A stretch of DNA of 64,000 nucleotides, taken from NCBI GenBank assembly GCA_043228905.1, contig JBHGNT010000010.1:2294001-2358000 (forward strand). The letters run 5' to 3'. The notes below the pieces were generated by a model. That model was not told the DNA's origin. It saw nothing but the letters and a program-made list of their open reading frames with translations, and made no database searches. The translations under genes were made by a program, and so were the position numbers. This document shows positions 25,080 through 38,241 of the stretch, piece by piece. The stretch's first letter is position 1; each line of letters starts with the position of its first letter. The DNA comes from Azolla caroliniana (Eukaryota; Plantae; Polypodiophyta).

Positions 25080-27078
25080 TAGATATATATCATGCTTTAG
25101 AGTCTTGGACACATGCATAATCTCCACATCACATCCTGCATGCTTTTGCAAGGTTATGGTATTTCAAAATATTATATATATACTCAAGTTTACTTTTGGA
25201 TAATAATACATTTTGTGTATAATATGATATATTTAATGGTTGAGGGTATTCTTTCAAGAAGTCATAGGTTTAAGTCTTTGCTATTACTATGGAAATTTGT
25301 ATATATTGCCCATGACACCCAATGCACTCGTCTTCAATTTGGACAATTCATCTTTGCAGATGGTAGCACCACCAAGGAGTGTGCACTCATTGAGTTATGG
25401 TTATTAAACATTTTCATACACTTAGTCGTTTGTCATAAACAAAGGACAATTGTAATAGTAAGGACAAAGATAAAAGAATAAAAACAAGGACAAGGGAATA
25501 GCAAGATTTATAGATAAGTGTGAAAATGCCCCAATGGCATTGTAGAGCTACAGAAGACATAATAAGTTTGTTAGCTCCTCCTCAACATCATAGAGGACTT
25601 AGACTCACCTTATAACTCTTTCTTAGTAAGTTATGATCACTTTCTTAATCTATTTGCTAGTATAAGTAAGACCAAAGCTTAAGCTTCCACCTTAAGCATT
25701 TCAATCGATTCTCAGTTGTTAAGGACTACCAGCAACACCATTGATCGTACTCATTTTCAACATTCTTGTCTCTTTCCTTAATCATCAATCTTAAGTGGTT
25801 AAGAATAACTTAGTAGGTTTAACTAGTCCATGAGCATTTTATATTGGATTTAGTGCTTGCTTAATTTGTTCGTCCAATAGTAGTAGACATAGGAGTGGAT
25901 TGACACTTAATATGGAGTAGACGTTATCCCAACCCCGTAGTCCTAGGATCCTAGATTAGTTAGGTAAGACTAAATACGATGACATGTGATAAGTCCCTAA
26001 ACTTCCTCAAATTATAACATTATTTCAACAATCATGCATAAAAATCATTGTCAAGGATTTTGATTAACTTTGAAGTTTCAACCCAAACCAAAATGATTCT
26101 CACATGTAATTAAATTTAAAGATCAAAATTAGTGACCATAAACCACACATCATCACAACCCCTCTTGTAGATATCAATGGTATCTACAAACAAATACGTG
26201 GTTCCTTGTTATATGGAAACAACGTGTTTGGTGCCACCATTCTTATAACTATCAGTTACACTTCCATCCATTTCATTCGGAAATAATTGTCAAGAGTATG
26301 TGATCGAAATATTCAAATGAAGTCACTACACACATTTTGCATGGAAACAAAAAATGACGGCTCAAGAATAGATGGTCTAGATATTCAAATGAAGTTGTCA
26401 CACACATTTTGTACTGGAAAAAAAATGAATATTTAACATATAAACAATATTACCCCCAAGAACTCAAGGATTCGACAAACAATTGTTGACCAAATATACA
26501 ACATCGATGTATATAGGTAAATTATGGTCAAAACAACAACTTAGATTGGCATGTATCGTGACTTACCTAATAAGGTAACATTTTCAAATAATGCATAAGA
26601 TATATCAACATGTTTTTAGATGGAATCTAATTTGATTTGTTTCACATAAGTACTAATTAAGATGATATCCAATAGGCAATTACACAACAAAAATGATTGA
26701 GCGTTCTTTTTCAAATTGTGGAATGAACATACAAAATTAGCTCAACTAATAGAATGCAACCTTGTCTTGTCGTTGACAAGGAGAAACTCCAAACCGATGC
26801 AATGCATGAAGTTGTTCAATGAAGATGGGAAGCGTTTGCCCAACAGTGAACAAATGTCATAGAAGAAGATCACACTAGTGTTTTAATCTTGATCCAACCT
26901 TCTTGCCAAAAACTCGAGTTATAACATATGAGTTTCAAATCATTGTTTATTATGAGGTCAACACCTTATGGCAAGGGCATGTTGTGATGTGAAATCATTA
27001 TTACTATGTCAATGAGTTTCATTTTAAACCATCTCATGCAAATTTCTTTAGCAATACATGAAACTAAATCCAATGAAG

Positions 27079-27753
27079 TCTTTGTGTTAGATGGTTGTCT
27101 TCAAATAAGTGCCAAAGCAAAAAGCCATGTATGTCAAGTATGTGACTTGAATGGAAACCTCAAGCATGATAGATTCACAATGCAACTGTTAGGGAACATA
27201 AGGAACCTGATCCAAAAGAAAAAATTTGATTGACTTACTTACTGTACATGGTTGTGAGGCTAATTATCAGCCTTTGAGAGATCGGCTATGCTAAGACATA
27301 TCAGTTATGATCGACCCCTTTATTCATTATGTGATTTTGGTTAAGATTTCCCATTACATTGATCCTACAATGTGGGACTCATTTTTGATGAGGATCATAC
27401 CCATTATCCCTTAAGACATATCTTTGTGTTAGATGGTTGTCTTCAAATAAGTGCCAAAGCAAAAAGCCATGTATGTCAAGTATGTGACTTGAATGGAAAC
27501 CTCAAGCATGATAGATTCACAACGCAACTGTTAGGGAACATAAGGAACCTGATCCAAAAGAAAAAATTTGATTGACTTACTTATTGTACATGGTTGTGAG
27601 GCTAATTATCAGCCTTTGAGAGATCGGCTATGTTAAGACATATCAGTTATGATCGACCCCTTTATTCATTATGTGATTTTGGTTAAGATTTCCCATTACA
27701 TTGATCCTACAATGTGGGACTCATTTCTAATGAGGATCATACCCATTATCCCT
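27079..27753. repeat. 342-bp near-identical tandem duplication upstream of the TPR gene
   Basis: TCTTTGTGTTAGATGG at 27079 and 27421, with few mismatches between copies. Confidence 0.95.
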
Positions 27754-28035
27754 TACGAAACAGAGTCACACCTTTCGATGGTGGTTGGGCCTTCTATATC
27801 ATTGTTGATCACGGTAAAAGACAAGATGAATGAGAATCATAATCAAATGTGGGTCTTAAGTTTTTGAAGCATCCATCCATATAATAAGATAGTTTGTCAT
27901 ATGCAATGTGCATATCATTCATTATGTTATGTTATCCATGGTATGTATTTAGTAGTGAGGTTTTATGAGCCCTGGTTTGGTTTTGTGCAGAAAGAAAGGT
28001 CAAGAACATCTGATACATACTACATACTACATACT

Positions 28036-30278
28036 ATGGAGAACCAAGCTCTCACATGGAGCCTTGTGAGAGCCTCTCCCTTTCCTTCGCTGTCTTCTTC
28101 ATGTTGTTTCAAGGCTTTTCCTTTCCATTACCCACAGAAACGAGTCCCTCTCAGGTATGTCAAGTCTAAACATACTGATCTCATCAATACAGAACATATG
28201 TCCTCAGAACCTTCGTATATCAGTAAGACCTTCAGAAGAAGCTTCCAGAAACATGATGAAAACAACCCAATTCGTGGTTTTGTGAGAATTCAGTGTAACG
28301 TGAGATGGGCGGTCTTGCTACTCTACAGAGCTCTGTTGGTGGGTGGTATTAGTTTCACCATGGCTTCCCCAGCTATAGCAAATACGAATTCCCTTTCTTC
28401 ACCGCCTTCTGCTTATGAAGTAGTGATTGAAAAAGAGGAGGGAAAAAACAACGAAAATGCAGAAAAAGGAGAGATAAAACCACAAGATTTAGACAACATT
28501 TCACAATGTGAAACAATGACATGTACACATGCATATATATTAGGAGATGATTTCTGGAAGGATATGCCTTTACTTAAAGGTTCCACTGAAATGATGTTGA
28601 AGAGCATACTTGATAAAGATCCAAAGAGCATTTCGGCATTGGAATGTTTAGCGAAACGATTGGTTGAGATTGATGATTCTTCTCATGCCCTCGTTGTGAT
28701 TGAAAAACTTGAGCTTTTACAGCCCAATGAAATTGAATGGAAATACATGAAAGCTGAGGCTTATGATTCAGATGGTCAATTCCAATTAGCTAGGCAAGGA
28801 TTTGAGGATATATTGAAAATTGAACCTCTTAGCTCCAGGGCATTGCAGGTTTGTCTTATAAAGACTCCCTTATTTATTTATTATCATAACTTTTATTTTT
28901 AAGCCTATTATTATCAACTTTCTTTTGCACTATACTTTGCCTAATTCAGACAAACCCATTTTTCTTTATCTCACAAAATGCGCCTATGTTTTCCTTTTTC
29001 TCCCCATAAGGCCCATGCCAGTTTTGGTGAATTGGGGATGCATTAACCATGATTTCTTGAATTGCTCATACAATTGGGAACAAGGGGATGTGACAATCGC
29101 AATTCAGTAAATATATGATACTTTAGCCTTATATAATTTATACATTCAGTAATACATTATATATTTCTGGTTAGAGAACTAATCTGAGATGAGAACCCCA
29201 CAACAAGAATGACTATTTAAAAGGAAGTGTCAAGAAAGTCACCATGAATGTCTTAACATTAAAAACATTCAATACATATAAACGTATGTATGTGTGTATA
29301 GATATATATATGTATGTCATAAAGAGATGTATTTGCCTAGAAACCTTCATTCAAATATATTTTCAGTATTAGACTAGAACTTAACATGTAGAGCCAATAC
29401 ACTAGTATGAGTACTTTTGAACTTCTTCTTTTTTGTAGGGGTTGATAATGACGATGGATCAACTCAATGAGTCTGGACTAGCATTGAAGATAGCAGAGGA
29501 GAGTATGGCCAAAGCGAAGCAGGAAAATAATGTGACAGAAGCTCGCAATATCGGAATCCTCATCGGACAGGTTTACACTTTAAAGGTACAAAAATTGAAG
29601 AAAATCATCAGCAACTTACAAAAAACGATTCTGGTTAAATAATCACTTCCACTCAGGAAAAAGCAATATTGATATCTGTCAAAAATGCTTTTCTGATATT
29701 TTTATATAAACCAACAAAATTAAACCTTTCATCTCCTTTTGGTCCAAATCCTTACCAATGTCCAAATGCGAGTATATATGCAATTGCTTGCATTTGAACT
29801 TGAATGCTATTTACTATGAATATGGAATATGTTTCTGTACTGTTGTATGATCAATTCATTGTTTAATATATTCAAACATTTTTCCAGGGTCATTTTGAGG
29901 AAGCATTGAAGCATTACAAGATCATGGTGGAGGAAGATGGTAGTGATTTCCGGCCCTATCTTTGTCAGGTATGCATTTTTACAATCGGGGATCTTTGGTT
30001 CTATTTTTATTCAAAGGTGTCCAGTTTTTCTTTGCTGCACGTAATCTCAGAAAACTTCTTTCTCAGAGTGTGACTGGTTTCTTATATTGTAGGGAATTAT
30101 CTACAGTGTGTTAGGGGAGAAGGAGACAGCAGAGTTACACTTCAAGAACTATGAGGAATTGTGCCCTAAAGAACTTCCAGGTCGAGGCTTTCTCGACAGA
30201 CTCATGTTCCGAGCTAGGAAGGAGGGGCAAAAGACTTATGAGCATAAATTAAAAAGTAAAAGTAAGATTTCAGAATAA
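28036..30278 (+). CDS. Plastid-targeted TPR protein (SLOW GREEN1 / chloroplast lumen common family-like), 408 aa. Exons 28036-28848, 29439-29585, 29888-29968, 30093-30278
   Basis: Open spliced frame of 1227 nt with GT-AG phase-0 introns. Ser-rich N-terminus, hydrophobic stretch ending ASPAIA, TPR helices, family motif DFRPYLCQGIIYS. Confidence 0.88.
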
Positions 30279-33200
30279 CATTTATTCAACGAATAACTCA
30301 ATGGGTGAGAAATCAAGTATTAACTTGATTTTAGGGGCATTTCAATCTATGGTGGCCACTATACATAGCTAACGTTAGGAAATAGAAGTCTTGTATTGCT
30401 GCGTCCAATTTAGCGAAATTTTAGTACATAATGAAGTCGGCATTTTTAGTCGATAGAGTCCAATTTGAGCAGCATTTTAGTAGATAATTTTGGCAGTATA
30501 GACAATAGTTTTCTGAAATTTGTAGGCATTTTAGTAGATCAAATGAATAATCTAACAATGGAAGAATTAGGGGGATACTAGTAAATAATGGAGATGTTTG
30601 AGTTACTTATAAGCATTAATTTATCTGAAGAGACTGAGGTTTTGAGACATTTGGTCTGAAATTTTCTGTTGTGTTTTTGCACCTCTTTGCTAAACCTCGT
30701 CTATTTTTGAAGAAACATAGTTTGAAAAGTTATGTTAAATGAACTACAAGCATGTAATTTCCTTGTAGAAGTCCAATTGTATGTTCAATATGTACTTCAT
30801 TAGCACTGAGAGGATTGTAATCATGAGACATCAGGTTAGATGTCAGGCCAAAGTTATCATTGGTCAATTATTGCATAACCATTTAGAGGTCATACAAGCT
30901 CGGCTGATTGGATTATTTTTTCAACATGGGATAGGCTGCAAGATTAATTTGTTGAAGTAACATATGTTCATCAGATAAGTCTTTTATATTCTTATGATCT
31001 CTCTTATGAGTTGGTTTGAATTCTTATATCACAAACTCTTATGTGAAGATGTGGATCTGCCTTATTAGTGGCACTATGGGGTTATCTTTGCAATTGTTTG
31101 AAAGAAAGAATCGCTTGTAGATTAATAATATGGTTCAAGCATTGACTTATGGTAACTTATTGAATATAGTTGTTATGTCACATTGCCTTGTAGTTGTCAA
31201 AGCACCCTTAACAATGTATTTGATCAAAATAATAATATTACCAGAAGTAAGCTTGTCATGAAACTGCCACAATGCCCTACAATGCCCTCACATTGCAACG
31301 TGTGCTTAAGTTTTCATGATATGTAATCCTTGAAAGGGGTTTTCAAAATGATTGAAATGTGTGCCTAAGGCCCTTCCTAATACGTAGGACTAATTAAAAC
31401 ATAAGATGGGGCTATTCAAGTAATTAAAATGACAAGAACTTTGTAGAGAATGATATTTAGCCATGTGCCTAATTGGAACCCCATGATTCCTTGGCACATG
31501 AATCAATGCAGGGTAAGTACTCTTTATACATATGCTATTAAGTCCTTCATTAGAGACCAGTAGAGACATTGACTTTACTGTATATTTGAGTCACGAGACC
31601 TTTCATTTTAGAAATTTGTTTTCCTATACACATCCACACATAATAGCCTTTTTAAATGTTGCCCATTTCCAAGTAGTTTCGGAGTACATCTTAGAGTATA
31701 TGTTCATGTTAATAAATTTATTTGTGTTTTTTTTATTGATGTAATTTTTAACTGATCTAGTGCACGTAAACTATACTTATTTGGTATAAGTAGTTAGGTG
31801 ATTTTGGCGAGGATACCTTGCCCACCTCAATACTAAGGTTATGAGCTTGATTGAGAGTATTGAGTGATGAGTTTGACATTCACTTAATTCTAGTGGAGAT
31901 CATGGGCACTAATAATTTACTCATGGAACTTGCAAGACTGACTTGACATTGAGTCTCCACTATCCAAGGAGTGAAAATAATTCAAGTATAGTATGTGGTT
32001 AGCACCAATACATTCACAATAAAGTGTTATTGTTTAAAATAAAGAAGAATTCCTTTTCAACATGTAATATGCAAGACTCTAATCTCACATGTCCTCTTCA
32101 CATTGTGTTAACTTGTACATACACCCTCATATGCCCATGTGCACATTTTGAGCATAAAGCATATAAGTCGCAAATCCTGTATAGTTTCGACTAGTAAAAT
32201 GGAGCGAACTTACACTTGTCCCTATTATATGGCTGACACCCTCATTTAGATCATGGTTTTGTAATAATTTCCTTTTTGGTGTCAAATTTCACGGATATGA
32301 ATTGTTCTCGATGTGAGTTGTCAAATGTTGAGGTTTGAGTAGATACTCTTCCATTTTATTTCTAAAAAATGGATTGAGATTCAGACACCTTTTTGCTCTA
32401 AAAGGATTTATGACTTCCCTCTAATGTTAGATATATGTTTGATTTATTGTTATCCGCCTTTAGTATGTCGATGTGTTCATTAATTGCAACACCCTCATTT
32501 CTTTTCATTTCGTCACATGCATGATAGATATTGCATGTGTGTAGCATTGATGTGTGTGTTCTTGCATGAATTCCAATGTCACTTTGGTACTTGGTCCCAC
32601 CCTTGATGCCAACACCCAAACACTCACACGATTCCTTTAAATTGTATGCAAACAGTAAGTGTGACCCTATCATAACATAACTTTTACTATGGCATTCCTA
32701 CTTTTTGACTATACCAATTTCATATCACGTTGTTCAACGTGTGTGAGTTTCCAACACACAAATGGTGGCATCACATTGATTGCTACATTCAACTACATAT
32801 CTTAGGCAATCGAGTCAACTTTCCAAGGCCAAATGGGTCTCTATTTGCAAGATGAAAATATATGTTTTTGCCAAGTTCCTTATAATGAAGAAAATTTTAT
32901 CATAGTGTACTCTTATTTCATTCATCTTTTCACGATTTTAAGAAAACTGACTTCAGTAAATGAAGCAAATTCTTCCAAACACTCAAAATCGAACTCTTGA
33001 GAATCGGCGTCATGATTTGAAATTGATGAAAAAAGAAAATCCAAGGCATAATTATTTAAATTTGGAGCATTTCAAAAGAGAAATGCATGAATTAAAACAT
33101 GGAAAAAGATGCGTGCATTAATATGATTAATGAGGAACGAATAATGGGTTATCAAGGGTAGTCTAGATAAGAGTAACGTGGAGCTTGTATGAACGTTGAC

Positions 33201-36200
33201 TGTAGCAACTTTAACTAGAGAGTTTTAGAGAAGGTTCCAAACAAGATGGATAGTGTGACAAATCAAGAAATGGGCGGTCTCATTCACCAAAAAAGCCATT
33301 TCAAATTTTGAACTTGAGAGTCATAAATTTTCTTAACAAGAACAAATACAAATTGAAAAAGTGTACATTTCCTCATAACTCCCTAGAAGTTTGGTGTGAG
33401 ATTTATCGTTCCATACATGTAAAGGAATATACGGAGAATTATGGAAGAAAACCTCCCCAAATTCTTAGACAAGGTGAAGCAATGAGCTTAGAGGATACAA
33501 CTTTAATAGCTAGATTTGGGGAAGTTCCAAAACAAGATAAATGAGATGAAATAGTAGGGAGCAATGAATTTGACCTACCGCTCCTGCAATGGAATGAACA
33601 CATTAATGGGGCTGATGTGGTATCTTGTATTGTTTCGTGAAACATTAATGGCCGTTTTCTTTCAAGGAGATCTTCTAAAATTGGTGAATATGAAAAATAG
33701 ACTTGGCACACCATTCTTCACAAAACATATCATTTCGTTAGTTAAGTTTATTTTGGGCTTTTCAAAGTTTTGATGTCTCTAGTTAAAATAGAATAGTTTT
33801 TTATGCTCTTCGAACTACGGTATCTCTCCAACTTATACATATTATGTTGGTTGTAATGTTTTTGTGAAGGATTTTGATGCATATTCTACAACGCATCACC
33901 ATTTCATGAAAAGTTCAAATTTGAAGTATTAAGTTGACAAACATTTGTGAGGTTTTTGCCCAACGACTTCTTAAAAGTTCCTATTAATTGCACAAATTAA
34001 TGGTCAAGTTTTAAGTTTTTACTCTAGCAAAGTTCCTAGTTTAGATATGGTTATGATCGCAAACCATTTACAAAAGGATACATATGAGCCTTCTTCAAAC
34101 TTGGCAAAAGGTTCAATGTTTAGAAATAGTAAATTGCAATTAAATTTATTGAGCAATATGCAAATTGATCTAAATATGTTGGTTGATATGTGTATGATTG
34201 AACATCAAAAATCTTTTATATTTTTGCAATATCTAGATTTTTATGATGGCTTTTAGAATTATTGACGAATTGATATCTATTGATTATAGTACCTTCACCA
34301 TTTCTCTAGGACCTATGTCTTTGTCTAAGCCAGTTGGTAGGGCCACAACCTCATGTCTTCATACACTTATTCGTACATCGTGTGTCCGTTATGATGATGA
34401 GAAGAAATCACTCATATACATATGTTAAGCTATAGGGCTCAATATCCCCAACAAAATCTTGTGTATTAGATTATATCGGCTTTGAAGAGCCTTTGATGCG
34501 TCTAGATCATAAAAGATGAAAGGCTTAGATATAATGACCGACAATGGAGCTTTCATGTGTCTTCCAGGCTGACATATCAGTTTAGATCTACCCGTAAACA
34601 AATAATGATCCAGTCTAGAGATGTGTCTAGTAAGACATGTAGCATAGTGAAATGTGAGTGTTTCTCATGCCACCATAAAGGAATAGTAAATGGATATTGC
34701 ATGTTTTAGCAATAGGTATTTGTTCGCAACATGTCTAGGTTATATATTGATGCTAAAACAGAAAAAGTCAGTAGGAAAATGTGTATATGTACAAGAAAAG
34801 AGTAATATGTGCTTGCTTGTTTTCAAAACTACCTATATGTGTAGATCAAAATTGAAGATCTTGATCAAATGAAAATTAATACTAACCACATAATGAAGCA
34901 ATACGGGCATTTAGAGCATATACTAAATAGGTACAATAATTAAACAAATAATGAATATATGCTCATTTAATGAGCAGAATAATATATATAGGTTATTTTC
35001 TTTTTTTACATACAAGCATGTTATGGTAAAGTTTTGTACTAAAAATATGTTGTCTTATTATAAAGTGTGTTAGTAGGAGCACATGTATCACACTAGACAT
35101 GCATTTAGATGGTGCTTCTGTTTATACATTCCCGATTCACTAAATGGCCTTCAATTGTGTCATCAATAACTTTTTTATTTTTGAAGCCAAACGTTGAAAT
35201 CTGAAACTAGATCCCTATTCATAGTCTCGAGCAAATCATTTTATTTCACCATTCAACTAATTTCTTAATTCCTTAAAGCACTAACTTTTTCACTTTGGCC
35301 ATAACATCACCTACAAGTCATGCCCATTTTCCTTGTCGGGATAATTTTATTGCAAAATCTTATTGTAATAAGAAAAAGCAAAGGCTCAACCTTGTCATAA
35401 TGTATCCACGACCACAACTTTAGTAGAAGCTGTCATGCCACAAAACATTATGCATACATACACATATTTTAAAGCGTTGCATGTTCGTCCATGGTACAAA
35501 ATAGACCTATAATTTGCAATAGATTCTCAAACCACTACTAGCTGTTAATCACGGTTTGATGAAAATTGACAAGTTTTGCATAGAGTGCAAAGTATTTGAC
35601 ATGTGTGAATATGGATAGAGAAAAGTGTGTGATATTTGTTGCAACTTTCTATAACATGTGCTTATATTGCTTTAAGGTTTGTTTTCATTACAAACAAAGT
35701 ATTTCCTCATTCGAATAATGAATATGCATGTGATATTTTTCTAGTATGGAACAATAAGTATACTTTATTATTATTATTATTATTATTATAAAAACATCTT
35801 ATGACTTTGACTATGGGTGTAAATTTTAACATTTCGTAACTTCATATATACAAAGTTACTGAGTCATGAGAACGTCTTCAACGAGTGTTAGTTCCATCGT
35901 GGGACGTGATAAATTAGTTTGTACGCCTATAGTAGAAGAGATGTGAAAAATTACCCCTTCAATGAGTAAGGCTAGCCAAGCCCAAGTGGGGTGACCGTGG
36001 AGGGTGTTAAATAAGAAGGTAGCATGTCATGTGTTGACGCGCCATTATGATGTTGGACCCTCATAGTTGGAAATATTACCAAATCCTACGAAAATATGGA
36101 GGCAATTCCTCATAAAATGTTGTATCATGAAAAAGAATTTGGGCCAATCGATAAAGTGTGTTATTGGACCAAAAATTATTGCTCTAGCATGGTCCAAACT

Positions 36201-36884
36201 TAATTTCATCAATCAGAGGAACAGTTTCTAAACATGTGTGTGAAAAATGTGGAAAATGTTGTGCAATGTGGACCTTGTTTTCTGTGTATAAAATAATTGA
36301 AAGGAGGTGCATAATTCCCAAAGGTACAAGAAAGCGAGATTTGTTGTGAGTAACTTGGAAGTTGGCGCACTAGTTTACATAGTCACATAATAATATAGGT
36401 AAACAAGGGGCTATTAACATCTTAATTGGATAACACATAAAAAAGTTGCGAAAAAACAAACATCAATGAGGGCCCCAGAAAACAAAAAGATCGAAAGGAG
36501 AATAAAGCCAAACATACATTATATAGCTTGTTCCGAGAGTATGGAAATGAGCACGAACCAAATAAAGTTACAAGGGTGAAATTGGTCATACTGATTGACC
36601 CATCTCGAAGCCCCATGAAGCGGTAGTACAATTGCTCCATTGTGTACTACTACTACAATTACTATCATGGTTGAGGAGTCTCGACTCTCGACTCAAGCTT
36701 GCGATGCTTCCCCCATGATGGCTTCCGTGTGCCATATTCACATCTTATGCGGCCTAGGCCCCCCTCTCCTAATCCCAAGTTCTTTAAGCTCTCTCTGACA
36801 TACTCCCTTAAAGTAAGCTCATTTGGCCTCTTGTGAAGGACACACACACACACACACATGTATATAATATATATAAATAAACAT

Positions 36885-36935
<51 letters not shown>

Positions 36936-37133
36936 CACATATAACAAAACAGTACTTGATGGCAAATGGCTTTTACTTAACTAACTAGGCAAAAATGATA
37001 TGGGCTAGGGCTTAGCTAAATAGAGTGGGGGAAGATGTTCCATTGAAAGATGTGTCCAACCAAAAAGGAGGAGTAAAACACATGTTTAAAGGTCCAGAAG
37101 ATCCCCCACAAAAAACCATGCCAAGGGAGTTAG

Positions 37134-37459
37134 CTAAATATAGGAGGACATCTTCCAAAGGAGGATGTGGCCAAAGGGGGGGGGGGGGGACCATACAATA
37201 TATTATTATATAACAAATATATAAATAGAGATTTGGGGGGTCATAAAGGGGACAGCTAAATATAGAGGGGGCTGTGGCCAAAAGGAGTAAGCGGGCAAAA
37301 GGAGGAGTTTCTTTTGGAGGGTGGGGGCTCTAATGATAGGCCGGCCAGAAGAAGAGAAGAAGAGAAGAAGAAGAAGAGTGGGCACAGGGCAATTCTTTCA
37401 TTACATGACATTTTGTGGGCTAGCTAAATATAGAAGGGATAGAGATACCCAAAATATAG
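37134..37459 (+). promoter_or_regulatory. Cluster of MEF2-type CArG boxes upstream of the MADS gene
   Basis: CTAAATATAG at 37134, 37256 and 37424, each preceded by AG, plus CAAAATATAG at 37450. Confidence 0.65.
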
Positions 37460-38241
37460 CGGCCCTCTAAAAGCAGTAAGGGCTGGGGCTGTGTGTCACG
37501 TGTGTATGTTCTACAGAAGAAAGACATAAAAAACGCGTGTGAAAAGTGAGGGGACAAAAAAAGAAAAAAACCAAAACATAAAATCTCATCATGAAAAGCA
37601 AACCCCCAATCCTCTCTCTCTGTCTCTCTCCGCCCTTTTTTCTTTTTTGAATCTCTTTTTCTTTTTCTTTTGTTATTTGTTATTTATTATTTCTTTCCCG
37701 AAAGGGTAGTAGACCAAAAAAGCGACAGTCCACGTGTCCGGTTTTCTTTGGATATCTCAATCACGGAAAACCATGGTTTCCCACAAAACCACCTCTCTCT
37801 CTCTTCTGTGTCTCAGAGGAGAGAGAAGAGTCTTCTTTCTTCTACTTCCCTTCTGTCTCTTCCTTCTTGAGCTTCCATCGTTTCTTCTATTTCTATTTCT
37901 GTCTCTTCTTCATCTCTTTCTCTCCCCCTGTATGTATCTCAGTTTCTTCATCCATCGCCATCGCCATCACCATCATAATCTTCTTCTTCATTCATCTCCC
38001 TCTCTCTTCTTTTTCATTCGCTCGCTCCTTCCTTCCAATACCTAGAATTCCTTCCCTGCCGCCATATTACCTCGGTATATTGTTACCATCAAATCACTTC
38101 CTGTTAATCTGCCTCTCTAATCCTGGTTTGGTTTCTCTTCTTTGATCTCCGTATCCATTTTACAATTTGATCATATCGATAATTTTCTTCTTGTTTTCTT
38201 GAAATTTTAAGAGCCGGCCTGCTAAGCAACCTACCGTGGAT

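Noticed and set aside
27901-28035. Longer N-terminus of the TPR ORF from ATG 27901
   Set aside because: The transit-peptide-like sequence starts at ATG 28036; the upstream part looks like UTR or intron.
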